NCBI GenBank assembly: GCA_048939625.1
Contig: JBHLPH010000001.1
Location: 128,001 to 192,000, forward strand
Direction: 5' to 3'
Length of the DNA stretch: 64,000 bases
Source of the DNA: Promethearchaeota archaeon
GTDB taxonomy: Archaea; Asgardarchaeota; Hermodarchaeia; Hermodarchaeales; Hermodarchaeaceae
In this document: positions 1-10,114 of the stretch, one piece after another
Position numbering within the stretch: position 1 is the first letter of the stretch
Layout of the letters: every line of letters starts with the position of its first letter
The notes under the pieces: model-generated
Told to the model about the DNA's origin: nothing
Database searches by the model: none
What the model saw: the letters and a program-made list of their open reading frames with translations, nothing else
Position numbers and translations under genes: made by a program

Positions 1-712
<712 letters not shown>

Positions 713-793
713 CTAAACACCTCCTCTGTGGTCACCCATACATTTTTAGTAAGAAAGACAGCGGGAAAAACCCAACCACACGGATGTGATGGA

Positions 794-1189
794 TTGTCAA
801 CCAATGAACAGATGTTAGAAGAACTCAAACAAATCCGAGAAGCCTTAGTCCCCCCGCCTACACCCCCACCAGAAAAGAAAGGATTATGGCAGGAATTCAA
901 GGAATTTCTGGATCAATATAAAGTCATGGGTTTAGCTGTAGCTTTCATAATGGGATTGTACCTAGGAAGACTCGTACAAGCCTTAGTGACTGCCTGGATT
1001 ACACCGATTATCAATGTCGTCTTAATAACACTTGGCCTTCTAACGCCAGACCAAGTTTTGCTTAATCCAAGTGCCTATCCACTAGCCTTTAACCCTACAT
1101 TATTCATCAGTGAACTCATTACCTTTCTAATCGTCGCTGTTGTGATTTTCATTTTGGTGAAATTCTCAAAACGTTTAGGTCTTAAATAA
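794..1189 (+). CDS. mscL: Large-conductance mechanosensitive channel MscL family
   Basis: QEFKEFL...VMGLAVAFIMG...LVQALV and FISELITFLIVAVVIF motifs. The ORF opens at 698; in-frame TTG 794 is the more plausible start. Confidence 0.85.
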   Translation: MSTNEQMLEELKQIREALVPPPTPPPEKKGLWQEFKEFLDQYKVMGLAVAFIMGLYLGRLVQALVTAWITPIINVVLITLGLLTPDQVLLNPSAYPLAFNPTLFISELITFLIVAVVIFILVKFSKRLGLK

Positions 1190-1273
1190 ACCATAAACCT
1201 TGGTCGGGTTAAAAACCTCAATTACCATCAATAAAAAATGCCATTGTTGAGTAGTTGATAATGAAAATCAAGC

Positions 1274-1825
1274 TTATTTCTCGATACTGAATTCCCATGC
1301 ACACCACCATTCATCTGGGTGTGAATCAGGAGGACAACCAAGACACCGCGTCGTGATGCGAGGATCGATAGCTTTGGCAAATTCCGAGTACTCAACCATA
1401 CCAACGGGTTTACAGGGAAAATCCGGTAATCCTTTTCGTTTACGGGCATCCTGAACGCGACATTTCTCCATGCGAAAAATAAAGTGTGTCTCATCAACCT
1501 CTTCAATGGACTGTCTGTTCAGTCGAGTATAGACGCGATACTGAAGAGCTATTTTTAATCCATCTAAGCCTGAATTAGGCTGAATTCCTACTTCATTCAT
1601 AATCCGTTTTGCTTCAATTGGAGAAAAGACACGCCAAGACTCGGTGTCTAGTTCAATAGCAGTCTCAATATCATACTTTTTTTCGGCAGCAAGAAACCAC
1701 GTACCATCAATGGCTAGCCAGTTTTTCGCATACATATCGATGATTTTCAGTAGTTCTTTACGGGGAAGGTCTTCAAAGCGAATAGGTTGGGGCAAAAAAG
1801 TCGATCCTCCGCTCACTCTTTTCAC
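1274..1825 (-). CDS. DUF6125-like protein
   Basis: KNWLAIDGTWF, CRVQDAR..KG..FPCK, CPPD.HP..WWCAWEF pattern. Confidence 0.7.
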   Translation of the reverse strand: MKRVSGGSTFLPQPIRFEDLPRKELLKIIDMYAKNWLAIDGTWFLAAEKKYDIETAIELDTESWRVFSPIEAKRIMNEVGIQPNSGLDGLKIALQYRVYTRLNRQSIEEVDETHFIFRMEKCRVQDARKRKGLPDFPCKPVGMVEYSEFAKAIDPRITTRCLGCPPDSHPDEWWCAWEFSIEK

Positions 1826-1860
1826 GTGCAGTTATTTTAGTCTAGCTTGCAGCTATTAAA

Positions 1861-2823
1861 TTAAAATTCTACAGCGAGATCGAGTTCGCGGACGAGTTCT
1901 TTGTACCGGTTTCGGACTGTAACTTCAGTGACATGGGCAACTTCTGCAATTTCGCGTTGGGTACGGCGTTCACCTTCCATGATTGCTGAGATGTACAGTG
2001 CTGATGCCGCGAGACCAGTGGGGTCTTTACCAGCGGTGATGCCTTTCAGTCGGGCGTCTTCAAGGATTTTGACAGCACGGCGCTGTACACGATTACTCAA
2101 GCCCAAGCTTTGGGCGAATCGCGGAATGAAGTTGGCTGGTTGTGAAACTGGCATCCTTACATCGAGTCGACGCAGGAGTAAGCGGTAACAGCGGCCTAGT
2201 TCTTTTCGGTTGATACGACTATGGTGAGCGATTTCGTCAAGGGTACAAGGAGCCTCGCGAAGCCGACAGGCCGCGTACATGGCTGCAGCAATCATTGCGT
2301 CGATACTTCGGCCGCGGATGAGTCGACGTTCAAGGGCTCGTCGATACATCACTGCGGCGGTGTCTTTTACAGTACGGGATACACCGAGTTGACTAGTCAG
2401 GCGGTCCAATTCACTCATCGCATTGGCGAGGTTACGTTCAATACTTGAATGGACGCGTGATCGACGCTGCCATTTTCGGAGGCGATAGATTTCAGCGCGT
2501 CGATTGGAGGAAATTTGACGACCCGCTGCATCACGGTTGCGCCAGTCAATCATGGTGCTTAGATCATGATCTTGCAGAGCATAATTAATGGGACTTCCGG
2601 TGCGAGCGCGTTTATCACGTTCTTCCGTAGTGAATGCTCGCCATTCAGGACCTGAATCAATCGTGTTAACATCTAGGACTAACCCACAATTCGCGCAGGT
2701 TAGTTCTCCTCGACTCTCATCTCGGATTGCCTCCCGTTCACCGCAGTCAGGACAGGGAGGGTGTTCCTGCGAATCTTGGAATTGCCGATGTTTTTCATGG
2801 ATCGAGGAATTTTCTTCCATCAT
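1861..2823 (-). CDS. tfb: Transcription initiation factor IIB (paralogue 1)
   Basis: CPDC..CANCG Zn ribbon, GPEWRAF B-reader, two cyclin repeats, VTEVTVRNRYKE. Confidence 0.97.
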   Translation of the reverse strand: MMEENSSIHEKHRQFQDSQEHPPCPDCGEREAIRDESRGELTCANCGLVLDVNTIDSGPEWRAFTTEERDKRARTGSPINYALQDHDLSTMIDWRNRDAAGRQISSNRRAEIYRLRKWQRRSRVHSSIERNLANAMSELDRLTSQLGVSRTVKDTAAVMYRRALERRLIRGRSIDAMIAAAMYAACRLREAPCTLDEIAHHSRINRKELGRCYRLLLRRLDVRMPVSQPANFIPRFAQSLGLSNRVQRRAVKILEDARLKGITAGKDPTGLAASALYISAIMEGERRTQREIAEVAHVTEVTVRNRYKELVRELDLAVEF

Positions 2824-2830
2824 GCATTCT

Positions 2831-2848
2831 TCTCCTAATATATGGTTA
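2831..2848 (-). promoter_or_regulatory. 18-nt leader motif shared by both tfb genes (copy 1, includes SD AGGAGA)
   Basis: tctcctaatatatggtta is 16/18 identical to 4124-4141. Confidence 0.5.
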
Positions 2849-3110
2849 GGGAAGTTTAGGATGTCTTTTCAGCATCTTGTCTACAGACTCTAAGTGTTTC
2901 AAGGTGACCAAGAGGTTCAAAAAGGAACCTGGAGTGTCAAGATATCTAGCGGAGTAAGGTGCTATTCGCCGCGTTGCTCATCGATAACCTTTTAAACTTT
3001 CCCATTTATTTTCTAGTTGAACAAATATTTAAATGTTCGCTTTTTCTTCACACTAACTCAAGAGGCGCAACACATGGGACTGGGAATAAGTAAGTGGTGT
3101 CAGTTCTGAC

Positions 3111-4079
3111 TTAGATCTCAACTTGAAGGTCAAGAACCCGAACCATTTCCTTGTACCGATTGCGAACAGTGACCTCGGTCACACGAGCCACTGCTGCAAT
3201 TTCCCGTTGGGTCCGACGTTCACCCTCTTGAATCGAGGCGATATATAACGTCGCAGCAGCAAGACCAGTGGGATCCTTGCCTGCAGTGATGCCTTGGGCC
3301 TTCGCTTTATCGAGAATATCAATCGCTCGCCGTTGCACCCGACTTGAAAGATCCAAAGCTTGAGCAAAGCGTGGCACGAAGTCAGTTGGTTGTGAAATGG
3401 GAACGCGCATATCGAGTTTCCGTAGAAGCAGCCGATAGCAGCGACCAAGTTCTTTGCGGTTAATGCGACTATGATGAGCAATCTCATCTAGTGTTCGAGG
3501 GACTTGACGAAGTCGACATCCAGCATACACACAAGCTGCAATCATCGCTTCAATGCTGCGTCCACGAATGAGATGGCGTTCAACAGTTCGACGGTATAAG
3601 ATTGCTGATGCTTCTTTAACTGGACGGGGAACACTGAGTTGGCTGGTGATACGATCTAGCTCACTCATGGCCCGTGCTAGATTTCGATCGATACTGGAAT
3701 GGACTCGTGTCCGGATTTGCCACTTGCGGAGCCGATAAATTTGAGCCCGTAAACCTGGAGCTAGTTTACGTCCATTAGCGTCCCGATCTCGCCAGTCGAT
3801 GGTTGTGCTAAGGCCCTTATCATGTCGAGTATAATCTATGGGAGCTCCGGTTCGCGCCCGTGCGTCACGTTCTTCGCTAGTAAAAGCTCGCCATTCTGGA
3901 CCCTGGTCTACCATATGAGAATCAAGGACCAGTCCACAGTGCGTACAAATTACCTCACCTCGGACGGGATCACGAATGACATCCGAGTTGCCACAGTCAG
4001 TACAGTTGGCTACTATGGCGTCGGGCTCGCGTTGACGTTGGGCGCGAGGAGATAGTTCGGAATAAGCAGGATTTGCCAT
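3111..4079 (-). CDS. tfb: Transcription initiation factor IIB (paralogue 2)
   Basis: CTDC..CTHCG, GPEWRAF, cyclin repeats; closely similar to the 1861-2823 protein. Confidence 0.97.
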   Translation of the reverse strand: MANPAYSELSPRAQRQREPDAIVANCTDCGNSDVIRDPVRGEVICTHCGLVLDSHMVDQGPEWRAFTSEERDARARTGAPIDYTRHDKGLSTTIDWRDRDANGRKLAPGLRAQIYRLRKWQIRTRVHSSIDRNLARAMSELDRITSQLSVPRPVKEASAILYRRTVERHLIRGRSIEAMIAACVYAGCRLRQVPRTLDEIAHHSRINRKELGRCYRLLLRKLDMRVPISQPTDFVPRFAQALDLSSRVQRRAIDILDKAKAQGITAGKDPTGLAAATLYIASIQEGERRTQREIAAVARVTEVTVRNRYKEMVRVLDLQVEI

Positions 4080-4123
4080 TTATCTTCTACCAATGTGTGC
4101 TTATGTAGCGCGGAGGAATAGTC

Positions 4124-4141
4124 TCTCCTAATATACGGATA
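4124..4141 (-). promoter_or_regulatory. 18-nt leader motif shared by both tfb genes (copy 2)
   Basis: tctcctaatatacggata, about 45 nt upstream of the tfb2 ATG. Confidence 0.5.
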
Positions 4142-4403
4142 ATTATCCTTGGGGAGGTACTACGAGGGAATTTGAACCGGTTGTGAACTCTCCGATACTC
4201 ATAGAAGAATCCATGGGGATTGGGGAGAGTGAGAGACGGTGTGTGAAATCGAGGAGTAACTCCGTGCAAAGTGTCGAAACGTTTTTAAGGTTCCGAGTGG
4301 CGTTCGACACTTCTTTCTCCTATAAAAATGTTATTAATTTATACGGTTACTTCGACGAAACTTCCAAACCCTAGTACTAAAGAAAAAACCTGAGAGTTGA
4401 TAG

Positions 4404-5285
4404 TTAGAATTCTTTCTCACAGGCATTACAGTACCGGGAACCATGGATGACTGTGGCATTACAATGTGGACAGCGCGACTGGCCCGTTGGGGCTTTCGTT
4501 CCGGTGCCTTTCAAGTGTTTGGTCACTTTTCCTTTTAGGGAGGCGATAGCTTTGGCGCTAGGGGATCCTCCTTTGGATGATGGGGGTGGAGGTGGCGGAG
4601 CCTCTTCAATTGCTGGGGGTGCGGGCATTGGTGGTGGTGCCTCCGGAACCGAAGCCAGTGGAACTGAAGGACTTTGAGAAGGAACATAAGCAGGTTGGGT
4701 GTCAACCGCTAGTGTAGATGGTGGAGCAGGTTCAGCGATTGGCGGAGCCTCAACGGCGGGTTCTGGAGCAGTAACAACATGCAAATCTGATGTGCGAGTG
4801 ACATGTCCACTAATTCCTGTGACCAAGAGACCAATGAATCCGATGAACGAAGACGCAACGACGAATTCGAAGAAGATTGCTAATATTGATTCTCCACCAG
4901 TAATAGCCCGTAAGGTAGCTGCAACATCAGAGAGAATTGATAGGAATGGAACAAAGTCATTGATAATGCCTTGAAAGATGTTCCAGGCATCTACTATTTC
5001 ATTAACGAATAATGGCGGAAACTGTACGCCAACAAGTAATGTACCAGCAATGGCAAGAAATACCATTAATCCAAGATAAATTATGAAAGACATCAGAATA
5101 AGATGTAAAACACGAAGTCGTCCGATAACACCGATTATGATGCATGCGAGAATAAATCCAAGTGGGATTAACCATATCCGAATGGCGGAAGGGAGCAAAA
5201 GAAGCCCTGCAAGCAGGGTAAATACGATAACTATGAGAGTGCCAGCAATAACCGCTAGAAGGCTTCGATCCATTAGAAGCACCAA
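4404..5285 (-). CDS. Multi-pass membrane protein with Pro-rich linker and C-terminal zinc ribbon
   Basis: Several hydrophobic helices in the first ~160 aa, a PPPPPP tract, CPHC...CNAC. Confidence 0.8.
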   Translation of the reverse strand: MVLLMDRSLLAVIAGTLIVIVFTLLAGLLLLPSAIRIWLIPLGFILACIIIGVIGRLRVLHLILMSFIIYLGLMVFLAIAGTLLVGVQFPPLFVNEIVDAWNIFQGIINDFVPFLSILSDVAATLRAITGGESILAIFFEFVVASSFIGFIGLLVTGISGHVTRTSDLHVVTAPEPAVEAPPIAEPAPPSTLAVDTQPAYVPSQSPSVPLASVPEAPPPMPAPPAIEEAPPPPPPSSKGGSPSAKAIASLKGKVTKHLKGTGTKAPTGQSRCPHCNATVIHGSRYCNACEKEF

Positions 5286-5429
5286 TATCTAGTGTCCTCG
5301 AATATACTTTATAAGGAGATTGTCGAGTTTTCCAGATCGCACAAACTTTGGAGAGAATCACAATAGCTATATATGAGAGATGCGAATGCGCGGGTAATCG
5401 ATTACATTGTATTGGAGGTGTACTGCATT

Positions 5430-5513
5430 ATGCCGGTCTTAGTAAATTTTGCACAATGGAACCGTTCTGTCTTCCGAGTAGGCGTAATTGCTACCTCCGA
5501 AGATAGGCACTAG
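5430..5513 (+). CDS. Putative 27-aa leader peptide MPVLVNFAQWNRSVFRVGVIATSEDRH
   Basis: Strong SD GGAGGTG at 5414-5420, ATG 5430, TAG 5511-5513; upstream of the RIO kinase. Confidence 0.45.
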   Translation: MPVLVNFAQWNRSVFRVGVIATSEDRH

Positions 5514-5652
5514 CTGATCCCGTTTTTATGGGAATAACATTAGCCAATCTCTTCATCTGCACAGCCAAAATCATAGGATGCCTTGGGTGAGAGGCAAGCT
5601 GTGGGTGATAGTGGGAGAGGCAAACCAAATCACAAGAGTGAGTTAGAAAAAA

Positions 5653-6468
5653 GTGCCAAATGATCCAGCACCTTATATCAGTAAGCGCAGTATGGCGAAC
5701 CGTCAAATGAGCAAACTTGACGGGCAACGAGGGCGATTGGAAGACCTGCCCGAAATCACATTGCCCTCGGTCCGAGCGGATGCTATCGCAACCCAATTAG
5801 CTACCGACGTAAGTGGAATAATTAGCGCCGGAAAAGAGGCCACAGTCTTCTTCGCATTCTGGCATGATTTTCCACTTGCTCTCAAAGCATACCGCTTTTA
5901 TGCAACACCTCACGCAAAAACTGGCAAACGGAAGAAAATGGGTGGAGGAAAAGCAGGATTTTCCAAAGACATCATGAGCTTCTGGGCAGCCCGGGAATTC
6001 TGGATTTTAGATCGCGCTTTCCGTGCTGGCGTAAAAGTACCAACACCTGCGCGGCATATCGATAATATGTTCACAGCCCTCTTCTTGGGAGAAGAGGGAA
6101 GACCTGCCCCCTTACTCAAGGATATTGATATTGAGTATCCACAACGAGTCTTTGATTTAGTCATCGAGGACATCTTTACCTTATACCGAGTCTTCATTAT
6201 TCATGGCGATTTATCTGGATACAACATTCTTCTCTTCAAAAATGATCCATGGATTATCGACTTCCCCCAGGCAATTGACTTTGCTTCTCGTCCTGGACGA
6301 CATCGAGTACTCAAGGAAGGGCGAACCATTCTTCTTCGAGATATCACCAATATTGTCCAGTTCTTCTCGCGCCATGGAATTTCTGCAGATCCAGAAGCCA
6401 TTTGTGATGAATGCATGGAACAGGTCGATGAACATGACCGATTTGATCCCCAAATGCTGGTGCGCTAG
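5653..6468 (+). CDS. RIO1-family atypical serine/threonine kinase
   Basis: ISAGKEATVF, ALKAY, WAAREF, IHGDLSGYNIL, IIDFPQA. Confidence 0.92.
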   Translation: MPNDPAPYISKRSMANRQMSKLDGQRGRLEDLPEITLPSVRADAIATQLATDVSGIISAGKEATVFFAFWHDFPLALKAYRFYATPHAKTGKRKKMGGGKAGFSKDIMSFWAAREFWILDRAFRAGVKVPTPARHIDNMFTALFLGEEGRPAPLLKDIDIEYPQRVFDLVIEDIFTLYRVFIIHGDLSGYNILLFKNDPWIIDFPQAIDFASRPGRHRVLKEGRTILLRDITNIVQFFSRHGISADPEAICDECMEQVDEHDRFDPQMLVR

Positions 6469-6473
6469 TCTGC

Positions 6474-7277
6474 TTAAATAGCCAATCGATCAGGGTGTGT
6501 ATAGATATTCATCCGTGCACCCCGCACAAACCCAATCAACGTAATGCCTGCGGCTTCTGCTAGTTCGATACCCGATGAAACTGCTGCGCTAATCGATGCG
6601 ACAACGGGTATCCGTGCAACCGCCGCCTTCAAGATAAGGTCACCTGTAAGACGCCCGGAACAAACTAGAATCAAATCGGATACACTCTGATTATTCCTGA
6701 GAGCAGCCCCAATCACTCGATCAACGGCATTATGTCGTCCGACATCCTCCGCCACTTGCACCAAGTCACCTCCAAGCGCAGCTAGTGCAGCACCATGCGT
6801 TCCTCCGGTCTCGCGATATATACTCATTTCGTGGCTCATGTTTTGAATTGCTGTATGAACAGCAATCGGAGACAATACAAGTGGATTATCTATTGCTGGA
6901 ATATCACACGCCTGCCAGGTCCCCAAAGCTCCCTCCTCAGGACCACACAATCCCATAACAATTCGAGCAGTTGGACGAATAGCAGCAAGTTTCTCCTCAA
7001 AGTTAGTACCATCGGATAGTTGGACTGTTGCCAATCGGTTACGAATCCGAATCTGAATTATTTCATTAGGGGAGGCAACTAGCCGGGAAGTAAATAACAA
7101 CCCCACAATCAAAGACTCATAATCGATAGGGAGTGTGTGAACCAAAGCAAAGTTATCCTCTGCACCAGAATCACGTAAAATGATTCGTAAACCGACCTCA
7201 CGAGTAACGATATCAGTCCGTTTCTCGGAGCCAGTTTCATCATGCCGGAGAATCGATACCGCTTGAGTCATCTTCAA
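6474..7277 (-). CDS. fdhD: Formate dehydrogenase accessory sulfurtransferase FdhD
   Basis: TGGTHGAAL, EDVGRHNAVD, SGRL, TLIGFVRG..MNIYTHP. Confidence 0.93.
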   Translation of the reverse strand: MKMTQAVSILRHDETGSEKRTDIVTREVGLRIILRDSGAEDNFALVHTLPIDYESLIVGLLFTSRLVASPNEIIQIRIRNRLATVQLSDGTNFEEKLAAIRPTARIVMGLCGPEEGALGTWQACDIPAIDNPLVLSPIAVHTAIQNMSHEMSIYRETGGTHGAALAALGGDLVQVAEDVGRHNAVDRVIGAALRNNQSVSDLILVCSGRLTGDLILKAAVARIPVVASISAAVSSGIELAEAAGITLIGFVRGARMNIYTHPDRLAI

Positions 7278-7443
7278 TTAGACCAACTCCATACATTCAT
7301 CGATGAAAGCATGTGTCACACCTTTTTATCTTGTCGACCAAAAAGACAATTCATTCATCGCGAGGTATTAGAGCTTTATTAGGCAAATATCGTACATCCC
7401 TTATTATTAACAGTTCACACCAATGACCTAGCAATTTAATGAG

Positions 7444-8028
7444 ATGATTATGTTGGCGTCTCACCAATCTGTTGCCGAAGTGTTTGATGCAATCGAAAAT
7501 AAAACTGACCATATCGCAGAACTTCTCTGTGAGCTAATTCGAGTTCCAACCGTGGTCCCACCTGGTGATAATTATGAAGATTTCGTAAATCTTGTGGAAC
7601 CCATATTCCAAGATTTGGGATGCACGACGGAACGAGTGATTATTCCTGAAGAAGATATTGAAGATGTTGCTCGAGAAATTCGGGAAGCCATTGACAGGGG
7701 CAAAGCTCAGAGTAAGGCAATTGATGTTGAAGTCGAGGAAATGCGAAACTACCCTGCCTTCAAAACTAAACTTAATAGCCCCTATTTGAAGAAAATGGCT
7801 GAGGCACTCAAGGTCGTTCACAGATACAAAGACAGCGATATCTTAATTGTTGGCATTTCAGGTTCAACGGATATGGGATATGTTGAACAGGTTATTGACT
7901 CGATTGACATCATTGGTCTCGGCGCCCTCAGCTTTGACGCTATTACAGCTCATACTGCGGACGAATATGTCCAGATTTCAGCTCTTGTGAATATGACCAA
8001 GCAGCTCGCCTACTACTTAACCTTCTAG
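7444..8028 (+). pseudogene. M20 (ArgE/DapE-like) metallopeptidase remnant with a large in-frame internal deletion
   Basis: M20 N-terminus (LIRVPTVVPPGDNY) joined at IPEE to the M20 C-terminus (GSTDM, AHTADEYV). The H-x-D, DMKG and EE metal ligands are absent. Confidence 0.7.
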
Positions 8029-8052
8029 AAATCTACGGCGGATTTGCGTTTT

Positions 8053-8439
8053 TTATAACAACCAAGTGAACACTAGCGGAATTATCATCAAGATTAGAAT
8101 AGACGAATTCAACACGACTTTGATTATTACGCCAAACCACAAGGAAATACCAGTTTCTAGCAAGACCCAGAGAATGACGCTTACGAAGACACAATACCAA
8201 GCCCACTGCTGCTTCTGCCCAAAGGCGAACCATGCAATGAATAACATTGTAATCCCCCATCCCATCACTGTGGCACCCCAGGCTCCATAGATCCAAGCTT
8301 GAAACGCCTGAGTAGGAGCGGGAACTGGATTAGATCCCCAGAACACCGGATTAATTTGGGCATTGAAGAAGACAAATATGATTATTGTATTGAGGAGTGC
8401 CATGACAGATCCAAAGATGATGATGAATATACTCACCAC
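8053..8439 (-). CDS. Small multi-pass membrane protein
   Basis: Four hydrophobic segments. Confidence 0.7.
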   Translation of the reverse strand: MVSIFIIIFGSVMALLNTIIIFVFFNAQINPVFWGSNPVPAPTQAFQAWIYGAWGATVMGWGITMLFIAWFAFGQKQQWAWYCVFVSVILWVLLETGISLWFGVIIKVVLNSSILILMIIPLVFTWLL

Positions 8440-8560
8440 GATTAACCAATAATGCTAGATTCGATAGTATGACATAATCCAAAACCTCTTGTGCACCTAT
8501 TCGTTTGTGAGGTGTTATAAGTGTGAATTCAAATGACACCTCCAATAGATGTGACAGACG

Positions 8561-9280
8561 ATGAAGATTTTAGCGCTCAATAGCAGCCCAAGAAAAGCAC
8601 GTGGCGGAACCGCCCTTATCCTGAATAACTTCCTAGAAGGTGCCAAGGAGGCGGGTGCCAAAATCGATTTAATCTATGTTCATGACCTTAAGATAAAACC
8701 CTGTCTCGGGTGTTTCAATTGCTGGATCAAAACACCAGGCATCTGTGTCCAAAAGGATGACATGAAAGAGGTGCTTGACAAGTGGTTAAGCAGTGATGCC
8801 CTTGTCCTTGCCACCCCAATATACGTTGATGGGATGACCAGCACCCTGAAAGCCTTGCTGGACCGGTCGATCCCCCGCGTGCAACCTTTCTTTGAAATTC
8901 GCGACGATCACTGCCGTCACCCACCACGACTCGGAAAGAAGCCAATGAAGGTAGCCTTAGTCTCAGTCTCGGGATTCACCGAGTTAGATAATTTTATTCC
9001 ACTTGTCACACACGTTCAAGCCTTTTGTAAGAACTTAAATGGAAATTATGCTGGAGCGCTTCTACGACCGTTGGGGGCGCAATTACAGATGTTCAAGCAA
9101 ATTGGGCTCCCTGTTGATGATATCTTTGATGCAATGAAGCAAGCAGGCAAAGAATTCGTCAAACAAGACCAAATTAGTTCCAAAACGCAAGAAATTATTA
9201 GCCGTGAAATCGTTCCTCGAAGCGAATACATTAAACGGCTGAATCAAGGATTTCAACAGCAACTTGACGCTATTAAATAA
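8561..9280 (+). CDS. Flavodoxin-fold iron-sulfur flavoprotein / NADPH-FMN reductase family
   Basis: NSSPRK, CLGCFNCW..TPG.C...DDM, ATPIYVDG. Confidence 0.9.
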   Translation: MKILALNSSPRKARGGTALILNNFLEGAKEAGAKIDLIYVHDLKIKPCLGCFNCWIKTPGICVQKDDMKEVLDKWLSSDALVLATPIYVDGMTSTLKALLDRSIPRVQPFFEIRDDHCRHPPRLGKKPMKVALVSVSGFTELDNFIPLVTHVQAFCKNLNGNYAGALLRPLGAQLQMFKQIGLPVDDIFDAMKQAGKEFVKQDQISSKTQEIISREIVPRSEYIKRLNQGFQQQLDAIK

Positions 9281-9300
9281 TTCCAGCTACACGCTGAATC

Positions 9301-9981
9301 TTATTCGTCCTCAGAGCTAGCGTCTTTCTTCCGTCGTACACGAGGGAATAGCCGTCCCGTTTGTTCCATATACTCTCGATAACGATCACCAAACTGTTCT
9401 ATCATCATTTCTTCTTCTACGCGCATTCGAGAGGCTATAACTAAAAGTCCAAACAAGACGATAACCAGAAGAATAAGATTCAGCGTTATTAGGAATAACC
9501 CAATGTTGAAGATAAAATAGACCAAGTACATTGGATGCCGGATGTATGTGTAGGGACCACTGGTCACCATGGTGTGACCTTCTTTGATTTCCAATGTGCC
9601 AGAAACTTGTCGGTCCAGATGAATCCCCACCCATGTCATTCCCAATATCATCGCAATGCAAATGGCGACACCAATCCATCGAACCACTGGCAGATTCACC
9701 AAGATAATTTGAGTATAAGCTGGAATTAAAATGGGAAATAGGCTCCAAATTAAAACAAAGACAATCATCGTGTATACTAACACAATTCGAAGGATAACCA
9801 AGATCTTACTTTCATATCTGACCTGATCGGCCCATCGTTTTTGGCGTGTTCGTTTTTGTCCTTCAGGCTGGGCTTTGCGTCCATAATATCCACGGATTCC
9901 CATGAAAATTAAGAAAAGAAAGAGTCCACTGAGTCGAAAGATTAACTCTTCTGCCATTAGTTGATATCTCCATTTGGACAT
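9301..9981 (-). CDS. ICMT/PEMT-like membrane methyltransferase
   Basis: VTSGPY..IRHPMY, EEEMMIEQFGDRYREY. Confidence 0.88.
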   Translation of the reverse strand: MSKWRYQLMAEELIFRLSGLFLFLIFMGIRGYYGRKAQPEGQKRTRQKRWADQVRYESKILVILRIVLVYTMIVFVLIWSLFPILIPAYTQIILVNLPVVRWIGVAICIAMILGMTWVGIHLDRQVSGTLEIKEGHTMVTSGPYTYIRHPMYLVYFIFNIGLFLITLNLILLVIVLFGLLVIASRMRVEEEMMIEQFGDRYREYMEQTGRLFPRVRRKKDASSEDE

Positions 9982-10114
9982 CTGAAATACAGGCTTAAAT
10001 AGAGTTGTACTTGTCCCCGTTACTCCTTCGAACAGAAGGTTATGGATTAGAGAAAATCACTTATAGACTCCAACAATAAAGCTCCGGTAGAAATGAGGTT
10101 CAGGAAGGAAATCA

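Noticed and set aside
4087-4269. 60-aa ORF upstream of tfb2
   Set aside because: TTG start, no clear SD and no protein-like features; more likely leader sequence.
9301-9981. ICMT-like gene as evidence for eukaryote-style protein prenylation
   Set aside because: The family is widespread in prokaryotes, and no CaaX-ending protein or prenyltransferase is evident here.
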